Assembly (NCBI GenBank): GCA_964508285.1
Contig: CAZDSY010000001.1
Location: 9,850-73,849 of the forward strand
Source of the DNA: an uncultured Paludibacter sp.
Lineage (GTDB): Bacteria > Bacteroidota > Bacteroidia > Bacteroidales > Paludibacteraceae
DNA: 64,000 bases
Direction of reading: 5' to 3'
Shown: in pieces, positions 49,783 through 59,386 of the stretch
Layout: every line of letters starts with the position of its first letter
Position numbering within the stretch: the stretch's first letter is position 1
The notes under the pieces: model-generated
What the model was told of the DNA's origin: nothing
Database searches by the model: none
The model's input: the letters and a program-made list of their open reading frames with translations, nothing else
Made by a program: the position numbers and the translations under genes

Positions 49783-52557
49783 TTATCTTGCAATTACAAC
49801 TTTTGTAGTATAAGTTTCGCTTTGGTTTATAAAGCGTAATAAATAAACCCCATCGGGCAACGAAGAAATATTCATTACGGTATTTGAACCAACATCGGCT
49901 TTTTGTCTCAAAATCTGCTTACCATTTAATGAGCATAAAATTATTTCGGCATTTGCACCATTAACATAGCCATTATAATTTATTCTTAATACATCCGAAG
50001 CGGGTGTAGGCCAAACTGTCAAAACATTGTTAAGTTTAATATTATCAACTGATGAAAACACCCCCGCAATTTTTGCAATATTTTCTGCTGAAAGTTCGTA
50101 GTTGTAAATTCTGAAATCATCGAGATAAGCACTTAATAAAGGGTTTGTTGAATTTTGACTACGTCCAATATAATTCAGTATCGGTTTAAAATCTGAAGGT
50201 CTAATCGTAATCATTTTCGATTCAGCAGCCTGTACGCCGTTGATATATAACCGAACACCTGAAGTACCCATGGTTACAGCAATATGTGTCCATTTGAAAT
50301 AGGGGATTGAAGGGGCGGTTAGTGCCTGCTCAACGCCATCTTTTTTAATAGCGAAACGCATCTGTGCAACATTGGTTCGAGGAGTAAGATACATGTATTC
50401 ATTTTGGTCGTTGCCAAAATCAAAAATACGTTGCCATGCCGAAGCTCCACGAAAATAAATCCAGGTTGCGACCGTAATTTCTTCATGATTAGCAATATTG
50501 TAGGGCAACTGTAAGAAAGCATTTGTGCCATTAAGCGAAACTGCTCCGCCTTTATTTCCTTCAACAAAAGTTATGGTACTGTTACCGGCTGCGTGATTTA
50601 AATGTCGGGTACTGTCGGAAGTGTCAGCATCAAATCCTAAATAAGCAATCATATCAGTACTTCCTTCAGCTCTGCCTGAAACTCTGTTTGCAAAAGTAGA
50701 ACTGTTTAGCGATTTATCTACTGCTTTTACAGTATAATAATATGTTTTTCCTTTTTCAACACTATTGTCAACAAAAGAATTCGATTTTACTTTACGACCG
50801 ATTGTGTTCAAAGGACCATCTTCGCTGTCAGCCCTGAAAATTGTATATTCCGCTACATCCGGTTCTTGTGCAGCATCCCAATCAAGTCTGACAGATGTTG
50901 CCTGAGGTGTAGTTCTTAACTGTTTAGGGTATGTTGGAGGATTAAACTCAATTGGCGCATCGATGGGCTGAAAGCGCCACATTTGGTTGTAACCTCCGTT
51001 TACCTGATTCTGTTGTATGTTGGCTAAGGCTAAAGTGCTTGCATTTGCTACCTCGAGACATTTAGCGCTATGACGACTACGAATATAAAACCATCCATCG
51101 CCTGCGTATTCCAGATACCATTGCTGGTTTCCTCCGAATGCTTTGTCCCATACAATGATATTTCCTCCGTTATCGAGCGACCAGTTCAATACATCTATTG
51201 CCTTTCCGCTGTGCACGGCAACAATAGTAAAATAGCTGAAGTCGCCACCAATACGTGCATCTACTGGTTGTACGTACCATTGTTGATACGTTTGATTGGA
51301 ATAATCATTTTGTCTGACATTGGCTCCTGCGTTTGCTGAACCTGATGCAACTTCCATTACTTTGCCGCTATTACGGTTCACAAGTACATAACGTCCATCA
51401 ATTACCGGTTGAATATCATCGCCCCATGTTATATTTACCACTCTTTCAGCATTGCTTTGTCCGGTTTGATAACCTGTCCCTCCGGGCAAAGTCATAATAT
51501 ATTCGCGTTGTGGTCCATAACCATCGAAATAAAGATCTCTGTCTTTCGAAAAAAAACGATAAGTTGTAGTAACAGCCTGACGTTCGGAAGTGCCACCGAA
51601 TGCCTGAACTTTTCCTTCGGGAGTGCGATAAACTGAGGCTGCAGTCCAGTTAGAACGATGTTCTGCATACGCCAATCGTTTTCCATAACTGGCTTTTACA
51701 AATTCACCGCGTGCATATTCGGCTGTTCCCCACCAAATGCCCGTTTGCAAACCATATTCTACTCCAACCATTGCTTCCATCACATTGTGCAGTTCGTCAT
51801 TGGTAGCATGATGTCCGTTTGCCCGTACTGTTTGATAAAAGTTGGCATAATTATCAAAACTCCCGGCTAATTGATGGGTATTGCCTTCATTAAGTCTGTC
51901 TTTAAGTTGATTGTACCAATTGAGTGCCTGATCGCAATTCAAAGTGTTGCCACCTGAAATGCGGATGGTATCAAATCTGCGAATTTTTCGAAGTTCACCG
52001 GCTATATTATAAAAATCGGTCAAATTACCTTGACCGGTTGCAGTGTAATCAGGTTCGTTGAAAGGTGCAACTGAAATAACACGTCTTCCACGCTCTTGGT
52101 GCAAGCGGGTTGTAACGTCTATGAGTTGTGCCCAGCGTTCGGGTCTGCCTTTGTACCATGTATGAACCGAAGGATGGTCGCAGTTAAGCATTACAGCGGT
52201 TTTTGATGGCAACAAACTTATAATATTTAAACGTTGGTTTAAACGCCCGAGTTCAGTTGTTTTTAAATTTCCGTTTATGAGTGAATCAGTGGGAGTAAAT
52301 GATGATCTTATAATGTCAACTTTGTCAGCACCCATAAATGCCATCCCACGTACTACATTATCTCTGCTGAGCCATGCAAGATCAAGTCCCCAAATAATAG
52401 GTTTGCTCACACCTTGAGCAGTTATGTCAAAAAACACATTTCGGTCGGCGGCTGGTTGTGCCACTAAGTAATCAGCAGTGCTACCAGTACGTATCTGAGC
52501 AATAGTTAAGCTAGATATTATAAATAGAAATGTGAAACTATATAAGGATATTTTCAT
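49783..52557 (-). CDS. T9SS-secreted putative glycoside hydrolase: clan-GH-A-like domain + ricin lectin + Fn3 + LamG + CTD
   Basis: FNEPDY and NDELH in the N-terminal domain; three SGK/SAK..QxW ricin repeats; Fn3 YYYTVKAVD; LamG WQRIFDFG, LDDFRIY; CTD VWPTP...GVYLL...KVVI. Confidence 0.65.
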   Translation of the reverse strand: MKISLYSFTFLFIISSLTIAQIRTGSTADYLVAQPAADRNVFFDITAQGVSKPIIWGLDLAWLSRDNVVRGMAFMGADKVDIIRSSFTPTDSLINGNLKTTELGRLNQRLNIISLLPSKTAVMLNCDHPSVHTWYKGRPERWAQLIDVTTRLHQERGRRVISVAPFNEPDYTATGQGNLTDFYNIAGELRKIRRFDTIRISGGNTLNCDQALNWYNQLKDRLNEGNTHQLAGSFDNYANFYQTVRANGHHATNDELHNVMEAMVGVEYGLQTGIWWGTAEYARGEFVKASYGKRLAYAEHRSNWTAASVYRTPEGKVQAFGGTSERQAVTTTYRFFSKDRDLYFDGYGPQREYIMTLPGGTGYQTGQSNAERVVNITWGDDIQPVIDGRYVLVNRNSGKVMEVASGSANAGANVRQNDYSNQTYQQWYVQPVDARIGGDFSYFTIVAVHSGKAIDVLNWSLDNGGNIIVWDKAFGGNQQWYLEYAGDGWFYIRSRHSAKCLEVANASTLALANIQQNQVNGGYNQMWRFQPIDAPIEFNPPTYPKQLRTTPQATSVRLDWDAAQEPDVAEYTIFRADSEDGPLNTIGRKVKSNSFVDNSVEKGKTYYYTVKAVDKSLNSSTFANRVSGRAEGSTDMIAYLGFDADTSDSTRHLNHAAGNSTITFVEGNKGGAVSLNGTNAFLQLPYNIANHEEITVATWIYFRGASAWQRIFDFGNDQNEYMYLTPRTNVAQMRFAIKKDGVEQALTAPSIPYFKWTHIAVTMGTSGVRLYINGVQAAESKMITIRPSDFKPILNYIGRSQNSTNPLLSAYLDDFRIYNYELSAENIAKIAGVFSSVDNIKLNNVLTVWPTPASDVLRINYNGYVNGANAEIILCSLNGKQILRQKADVGSNTVMNISSLPDGVYLLRFINQSETYTTKVVIAR

Positions 52558-52644
52558 GGTTTGACGAAATTTTAACTGATAATGTAGTTGAAATTGAGCT
52601 GCATGCTGTGTGTTTCAGGTGCATTACTAAATCAAACTACATTT

Positions 52645-52652
52645 CAAAGATA
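52645..52652 (-). promoter_or_regulatory. Putative -7 promoter element (TATCTTTG)
   Basis: Reverse complement of caaagata upstream of ATG 52557. Confidence 0.45.
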
Positions 52653-52760
52653 TTGAATAAAATTCAATATTAACGAGAACAAAATTTATTTTGAATTTAT
52701 TCTGATATAATTTGAATGAAACGTTTCTCCTAAATGTTCCTTTGCAGGATTTGTACAAAT

Positions 52761-53135
52761 TTAATTCATTACAAAATAATTCCAGAAAATATCAAATTTT
52801 TTCTTTGTGGTAATTTTATACTCTTTAGGCGTGAGTCCAAAAACTTTTTTAAATCTTCGCGCAAAATATTTAGGATCGTTAAAACCTGAAGAATAAGCAA
52901 CTTCCTTAACGCTTAAATCAGTTTCTGTAATTAATTTTTGAGCATAATTTAGTTTAATGTTTTCAATAAACTCGTTAGGAGTCTGACCTGTTAGAAGTTT
53001 CATTTTTTTGTTCAATGCTGATTTGCTCACAGCGAGTTCAGTCGCAAACTCTGAAATTGTATATTTCTCTGCAAACATATTTTTTCTGGCAATATGTGTT
53101 GCTTGCGAAATGAAATCTGAAAATGTTGATGACAT
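52761..53135 (-). CDS. Stand-alone AraC-family HTH regulator
   Basis: SKSALNKKMKLLTGQTPNEFI, EVAYSSGFNDPKYFARRFKKVFGLTPKEY; no sensor domain. Confidence 0.85.
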   Translation of the reverse strand: MSSTFSDFISQATHIARKNMFAEKYTISEFATELAVSKSALNKKMKLLTGQTPNEFIENIKLNYAQKLITETDLSVKEVAYSSGFNDPKYFARRFKKVFGLTPKEYKITTKKKFDIFWNYFVMN

Positions 53136-53288
53136 GGTATAATGAGTTTATTTGATGAATAATGTTGATTAATTTCTAAAAGCAAATATCAGTAATTTAT
53201 TCATTTTCGAAGGTTGGAAATTCGTCAATCAGAAGTCAAAATTTAAGCAAGTTGAGTTTAAACTGTAAAATTTGCCATGATTTTAATT

Positions 53289-53296
53289 TATCTTTG
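53289..53296 (+). promoter_or_regulatory. Putative -7 promoter element (TATCTTTG) for the HTCS
   Basis: TAnnTTTG 25 nt upstream of ATG 53322. Confidence 0.55.
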
Positions 53297-53321
53297 AAAT
53301 TTAAATGTACTAATTTACAGT

Positions 53322-56300
53322 ATGAGAAAATCATTTTTTATTCTACTTTACATATTTGCATATAGTACCGGATTATATTGCTATAACATTAAAAGTCTCA
53401 CTGCCGAAAATGGACTTTCAAATAACAATGTAATCAGCATAACTCAAGATAGAGATGGATTTATGTGGATTTGTACCAAAGATGGACTAAACCGTTTCGA
53501 TGGTAATAAGTTTCAAATATTCAGACATTCCGAAAATGATCCTAACAGTATTTGCAGCAATGTTCTGAATTATGTTTTCCCGGATCCGAAGGAGGATGTG
53601 GTTTGGATTGCGAGCGAAAAAAACGGATTAGATGCATACAACTACAAAACGCATAAATTTATACATTACCGGCACAATCCTAACGATACAAGTTCACTGA
53701 CTTCCGATGGTATTACACACATTAGTGCTGATAACGAAGGAAATATTTGGCTTGCAACTTACTCCACCGGCATTGAAATGATTGACCGTAAAACAGGCAA
53801 AATCACTCATTTCAATCAATCGAACATAAAAGGATTAGTTTCAAATTACAACTGGTACGTGATACACACTAATGCAGGAATGCTTTATGTGGGACATGTA
53901 GTTGATGGTTTGAGCATAATCGACTTAAAAAAAAGAACGGCAGTTAATTTCAGAAATATTTCTGGTAATCCTGTTTCACTGTGCGATAATACTGTAACCT
54001 GTTTGTTTGAGGATTCGCGGAAAAGAATATGGGTTGGTACACGAAACGGTTTGGCATTATTTAATCCGGAAACTCTGAAGTTTATAAACTTCCGAAATAA
54101 ATTTGGTGTAATTGGCAGTCTTTCAGGAAATTTTATAAAAAGTTTTGTGGAAACACCTGATCATAAATTGTGGATTGGAACAGAAGGAAATGGTATCAGC
54201 ATACTTGATTTGAATACTTTGCAGGCTGAGATAAATCCAGATAAGGTTTTTTTTGAACGTATTGGAGAATCCAACACTGACGATGGCTTGTCAGGTGGTT
54301 CGGTTCAGGCGCTTTTTCAGGATTCTTACGGGAATTTTTGGGCTGGAGGTTTTATTTCCGGTGTGAATTTTATCAGTAACCGAAAAGAAATTTTTCAGAA
54401 AATAAACTACCTGCCCTTTAAAGGGAATCAAAATAGTCTTGATCATACTTCTGTTGTAGGTTTATGCTCCGATGACGATAATAAAATATGGGTAGCAAAT
54501 GTATTTGGTGGTGTTGCCCTGTACGACCATGAAAACAAAATTAAAAGTATCAGAAATATTTCAAGTCCCGAAATGCCGCTGCATGCTCGTTCGGTTTGTA
54601 TGGATAAGCAAAATAATTTATGGATTGGTTCTACTGAAGGTAAATTATACCAGTTCAATAAAAAGTCTCAGAAATTATCCAATGTTCCTTTATCACCAGC
54701 CTCCAATACATCGATATTCTATTTATTCTGTGATTCAAAAAACCGAATTTGGATTGGTACTGATGGAGGAATTTATGTTTACGATATTGCAACTAGTCAA
54801 ATCAGACATTATTCAACTCAAAATTCGGAACTGAATGATAATAATATCCGCACTTTTTGTGAAGATAATAACGGAAATATATGGGTGGGTTCGCTTATAG
54901 GCGCTCTGCAGGTATTCGACGTGAATTTTACCTTGGTTAACGATATAGGCAGAAACTTTGATTTTTATGCTGTAAACCATGTTTATAAAGATTCACAGAA
55001 CCGTATGTGGATTGCTACACAAAACGATTTGTTTATGTTTAGCTCGGCTAATGCTAAAGTTTACAAGCGATACGGTAAAAAAGATGGATTTGCTGAAAAT
55101 AACTTTTCTGCCATTTCGGAGGGAAAAAACCCCGATGAGTTTTGGGTAAGCTCTATCAATGGAATAAGTAAAATTGATATTAAAAATAATAAGGTGCTGA
55201 ATTACTTTATTTCAGATGGAATTGCCGCCGGCGATTACGAGAAAAGTACAGTTGCAAAAACTAAAACCGGTGAGATTTATTTTGGCGGTCAGCATGGAAT
55301 TACTTTTTTCGATCAACATTCCACCGATGGAGATATAGAATTTCTGAAACCACAGATTACTTCATTTATGGTGGTGGATAAATCGAAAGAATTTATTACC
55401 GATTTTCACAATATCCCTTTTCAGGATGTTACAGAGTTGAATTATACTCAGAATTCACTTCAGATTAATTTCAATGTCCTCGATTATTCATTGAACAACA
55501 AAGTGGAATTTATGTATCAGATGTCGGGACTTGACGATAGCTGGTATTTTATTGGAAAAGAAAAACAATTGACATTCCGTAATTTACGTCATGGAAAGTA
55601 TGTTTTCAGCCTTAAAGCACGTATTCAGAATAAAGACTGGAATGATCAGGAAGCGAAAATCACGATTATTATACATCCGCCATTTTGGTTAACCTGGTGG
55701 GCAAAATTAATTTATTTCGTTTTAGCTGTTTTTCTTACAATTTCTATTGTCAGGTTTTACAAGAACAGGTTGAAACTGGAAAACTCCTTGATTCTCGAAA
55801 AAAGAAATCATGAGCAGGAACAAGCGTTAAACGAGGAAAAAATGCGTTTTTTTACCAATATAGCGCATGAATTGCGCACACCTATGACGCTCATAATCGG
55901 ACCATTGGAAGATATTGTAGCAGATAAGTCATTGGATCAAAAGTTGTTGACTAAAATAAATTCCATTCAAAGAGTCGCCAACCGATTACTCGATTTGGTT
56001 AATCAGATTCTCGAATTCCGCAAAACCGAAACCAATAACCGTATTCTGAAAGTAAAAAAAGCAAATTTAATATCGCATATATATGAAATTGGATTGCGTT
56101 ACAAGGAACTTTACCTTAAGAAAACTATTGATTTCAGAATAATTCTTCCACAAAAGCCGATTGAAATTTTTTTCGATCAGGAAATTATTTCATTGATTTT
56201 GGATAATTTGATCACCAACGCATTTAAATATACAAACGAAGGAAGAATTGAGCTGATTGTTCGGGAAACAGTCGAATCGAATGTTGAATATGTAGAAGTG

Positions 56301-57353
56301 AGTGTACGCGATACCGGTATTGGGTTATCAGAAGAAGAATTGGAACGAGTATTCAATCGTTATTATCAGGCAAAAAACCGTCCGAATCAGGTTGCGGGAA
56401 CAGGAATTGGTTTGTCGCTTGTTAAAAATCTGGTCGATTTGCATGAAGCGGATATCTCGGTAAATTCCGAAATAAATAAAGGAACAACATTTACAGTCAG
56501 GTTTTTACGTAACAACAGTTATCCTAATGCAATTCATTTGGAAACAACAGATAAAATTACCGACGATTATCATGAACCCGAAACAGATCAAAAACCATTA
56601 GTATTGGTTGTTGAAGATAATGAGGAAATTGTGGAATATATTTGCGATTGTCTGGAAGAAAATTATGATTTGTTGACGGCAATTAACGGTAAAGCCGGTT
56701 ACGATTTAGCCTGTGAAAAAACACCGGATATCATTATTAGCGATATTATGATGCCCGTAATGGATGGTATGGAATTTTGCCGGCATATCAAGCAAAATGT
56801 GCTTACATCGCATATTCCGGTTATTCTACTAACAGCAAAAACTTCGGTACAGGATAAAGCTGATGGTTACGATGCTGGAGCAGATTCATATATGACCAAA
56901 CCTTTCAGTGGGAATTTACTTAAAAGCAGGGTTAAAAATCTTTTGCAAACCCGTCCGAAATTGAATGAAGCAGCTACCGCTTTTAAAAACAAGAAGCAGC
57001 TTTTGCACGATTCAGCCAGTCAGCTCGACAAGGATTTTATCGAGAAAGTTACAAATATCATTGAAACACATATTGAACTCGAAGACCTTAGTGTTTCACA
57101 AATTGCTTCGATGATGAACATGAGTCACTCCTCGCTTTACCGTAAAATAAAAGCGCTTACCGACCTTACCACCAATGAATTTATCCGCAAAGTGCGCATG
57201 AAATTAGCAGAACAACTTCTGTTAACCGGGAAATATACCATCAACGAAATTATGTACCGCGTGGGAATGAACAGCGCAGGACATTTCCGTCAGAGTTTTA
57301 AAGATGAGTTTGGAGTAACTCCTACTGAATATTTGCAGAAATTAAAGGAATGA
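53322..57353 (+). CDS. Hybrid two-component system (Reg_prop sensor, Y_Y_Y, histidine kinase, receiver, AraC)
   Basis: GLSNN/W.GT propeller repeats, PPFW, FFTNIAHELRTP, NAFKYT, GTGIGL, VEDN, SDIMMP.MDG, LLTAK, C-terminal AraC. Confidence 0.95.
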   Translation: MRKSFFILLYIFAYSTGLYCYNIKSLTAENGLSNNNVISITQDRDGFMWICTKDGLNRFDGNKFQIFRHSENDPNSICSNVLNYVFPDPKEDVVWIASEKNGLDAYNYKTHKFIHYRHNPNDTSSLTSDGITHISADNEGNIWLATYSTGIEMIDRKTGKITHFNQSNIKGLVSNYNWYVIHTNAGMLYVGHVVDGLSIIDLKKRTAVNFRNISGNPVSLCDNTVTCLFEDSRKRIWVGTRNGLALFNPETLKFINFRNKFGVIGSLSGNFIKSFVETPDHKLWIGTEGNGISILDLNTLQAEINPDKVFFERIGESNTDDGLSGGSVQALFQDSYGNFWAGGFISGVNFISNRKEIFQKINYLPFKGNQNSLDHTSVVGLCSDDDNKIWVANVFGGVALYDHENKIKSIRNISSPEMPLHARSVCMDKQNNLWIGSTEGKLYQFNKKSQKLSNVPLSPASNTSIFYLFCDSKNRIWIGTDGGIYVYDIATSQIRHYSTQNSELNDNNIRTFCEDNNGNIWVGSLIGALQVFDVNFTLVNDIGRNFDFYAVNHVYKDSQNRMWIATQNDLFMFSSANAKVYKRYGKKDGFAENNFSAISEGKNPDEFWVSSINGISKIDIKNNKVLNYFISDGIAAGDYEKSTVAKTKTGEIYFGGQHGITFFDQHSTDGDIEFLKPQITSFMVVDKSKEFITDFHNIPFQDVTELNYTQNSLQINFNVLDYSLNNKVEFMYQMSGLDDSWYFIGKEKQLTFRNLRHGKYVFSLKARIQNKDWNDQEAKITIIIHPPFWLTWWAKLIYFVLAVFLTISIVRFYKNRLKLENSLILEKRNHEQEQALNEEKMRFFTNIAHELRTPMTLIIGPLEDIVADKSLDQKLLTKINSIQRVANRLLDLVNQILEFRKTETNNRILKVKKANLISHIYEIGLRYKELYLKKTIDFRIILPQKPIEIFFDQEIISLILDNLITNAFKYTNEGRIELIVRETVESNVEYVEVSVRDTGIGLSEEELERVFNRYYQAKNRPNQVAGTGIGLSLVKNLVDLHEADISVNSEINKGTTFTVRFLRNNSYPNAIHLETTDKITDDYHEPETDQKPLVLVVEDNEEIVEYICDCLEENYDLLTAINGKAGYDLACEKTPDIIISDIMMPVMDGMEFCRHIKQNVLTSHIPVILLTAKTSVQDKADGYDAGADSYMTKPFSGNLLKSRVKNLLQTRPKLNEAATAFKNKKQLLHDSASQLDKDFIEKVTNIIETHIELEDLSVSQIASMMNMSHSSLYRKIKALTDLTTNEFIRKVRMKLAEQLLLTGKYTINEIMYRVGMNSAGHFRQSFKDEFGVTPTEYLQKLKE

Positions 57354-57420
57354 ATTTTTTATAAATTGCTTCTGATAGTGAAGAAATTCTTCATAAATAG
57401 AAGAACAGAACAGCAAAATA

Positions 57421-57581
57421 GAGGATGTCTCAAAAACAAGGAGAACCCAAATTACGTAAATAAACGCAAATTAATAGAAATTGTAATTGATTATAATTCT
57501 GATATTTACAAAAATGCAAAATAATGAAATTTGTGAAGATTTGTGTAATTTGCGTTCAAAAAAATCTTTTGAGACATCCTC
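57421..57581. mobile_element. MITE-like element with perfect 15-bp terminal IRs and inner inverted tandem repeats
   Basis: gaggatgtctcaaaa / ttttgagacatcctc; inner imperfect 30-bp IR of ~10-mer caaat repeats. Confidence 0.6.
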
Positions 57582-57603
57582 AATCAATTAATTCGAAAAT
57601 ATT

Positions 57604-59190
57604 TTATCTCACTATCTCTCCGCTTACATTTTCAATTGTTACATTTTCGTAATTTTCGAGTTTTACTGCCGGACCTGATTCGGCAATAATATCAATATTT
57701 TTCAATACAATATTTTTGCTTTCCTTGATTTCTACTCCAATTTTTGATGTGATTTTTGCATCTTCCACATGAATTCCTTCGATAGGATTTTCGGGTAAAC
57801 CGTTGAAATACATTGCGCGACGGGCATTGCTACAGCGGATATTTTTCACGTGTATGTTGCGAAAGGTTGGCGTAGTTTCGTCCACTGGAGGCAATTCACG
57901 TTTTATTGCGGCTTCCATTCCGGCTTCGAGCACTTCCACTGCCGATTTATTCATGTAATAAAGGTCGAAAAGCAGCGCTTCAGTGGCAATATCGTACATT
58001 CCAATGTTTTCGATATAAATGTTTTCAACCGTTCCTCCTCGTCCGCGACGGCTTTTAAACCGCAAACCAACATCGGTGCCTAAAAACTGGCAATTGCTTA
58101 CTTTTACATTCCGCACTCCACCCGACATTTCACTGCCAACTACAAATCCGCCATGTCCTTTAAATACTGTGCAGTTATTTACAATCAGGTTTTCGCATGG
58201 TTTTCCACGGCGGCGACCATCTTCATCCTTCCCGCTTTTGATACAAATGCCATCATCGCCCACATCGAACGAAGAACTTACTACCAGCGAATTTTTGCAG
58301 GATTCCAAATCCAATCCATCGCCATTTGCCGAGAAACTCGGGTTACGAACAGTTATGCCATCAATTATAACGTTTTCGCACATTAGGGGATGCAAATTCC
58401 ACGCGGGTGAATTCTGAAAAATCACACCTTCGAGCAGCAAATTTTTACAGCTGATAAAACTGACCATGACAGGGCGTAGAAAATCGCGGATTTCCAACCA
58501 TTCTTCATTTGTTTTCAAGTTTCGGGGTACGTTCATATCGGCTATGCTATCGCCCTTAACATAAGCGGCAGATGGCATCCAGTAATCATCGCGTTTGAAT
58601 GCACCACCACGCGCTACAATCAGTTTCCATTGCCTTTCAGTAACTTTTTCTTTTTTTACAGGACGCCAATACTGACCATTGCCATCAATCGCCCCTTTTC
58701 CGGTAATCGCAATATTTTCAAGATCACGTCCTGAAATCGGCGACTGACAACGTCTTGTATCCAATCCCTCGAACGATGTTTCAACTATCGGATACAAATC
58801 CTTATCGGGCGAGAAAAGAATAATCGCACCGGCGTCAAGATGAAGATTAATATTGCTTTTAAACACAATGGGTCCGGTAAACCAAACTCCGAGAGGTACA
58901 TTTACGGTTCCACCACCTTTCGCAGCTACTGCATCAATTGCTTTGGCAAAAGCATCAGTGCAAAGGTCTTTACCATTTCCCACAGCGCCAAAATCGGTTA
59001 TCGAAACTGTATATTTCGGAAATTTCGGAGCATGCACACGCGGCATATCAAACGGAAGATCTTTGTAAAGATATTCATATTTGTAGTTTTTGTTTCCAAC
59101 TGCATTACAGGATGTTATTGCTGAAAATAGAAAAACAGAAAATATTAAAGCAAAATTTTTGATCTGAGATTTAAAAACCATTTTGTTCAT
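57604..59190 (-). CDS. Glycoside hydrolase family 28 lipoprotein
   Basis: Lipobox ITSC; NGDG, GDD, GHGG, RFKS. Confidence 0.9.
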   Translation of the reverse strand: MNKMVFKSQIKNFALIFSVFLFSAITSCNAVGNKNYKYEYLYKDLPFDMPRVHAPKFPKYTVSITDFGAVGNGKDLCTDAFAKAIDAVAAKGGGTVNVPLGVWFTGPIVFKSNINLHLDAGAIILFSPDKDLYPIVETSFEGLDTRRCQSPISGRDLENIAITGKGAIDGNGQYWRPVKKEKVTERQWKLIVARGGAFKRDDYWMPSAAYVKGDSIADMNVPRNLKTNEEWLEIRDFLRPVMVSFISCKNLLLEGVIFQNSPAWNLHPLMCENVIIDGITVRNPSFSANGDGLDLESCKNSLVVSSSFDVGDDGICIKSGKDEDGRRRGKPCENLIVNNCTVFKGHGGFVVGSEMSGGVRNVKVSNCQFLGTDVGLRFKSRRGRGGTVENIYIENIGMYDIATEALLFDLYYMNKSAVEVLEAGMEAAIKRELPPVDETTPTFRNIHVKNIRCSNARRAMYFNGLPENPIEGIHVEDAKITSKIGVEIKESKNIVLKNIDIIAESGPAVKLENYENVTIENVSGEIVR

Positions 59191-59386
59191 TTTTATTGAG
59201 AATTGAAATTATTATTTCTGAATTTTTTGTTGATATTTTTTTGCAAAAGTCGGTGATTTTAAATTGAAAATATTTTGAAATAAAAATGTAAAAGATTAAT
59301 AATGATGTAGATATAAGAAAATTATCAAATCATGAGTTGTGGGATAATTCTTCAGTTTAGAAGTGTTGAGACAAATCTTCAAATTT

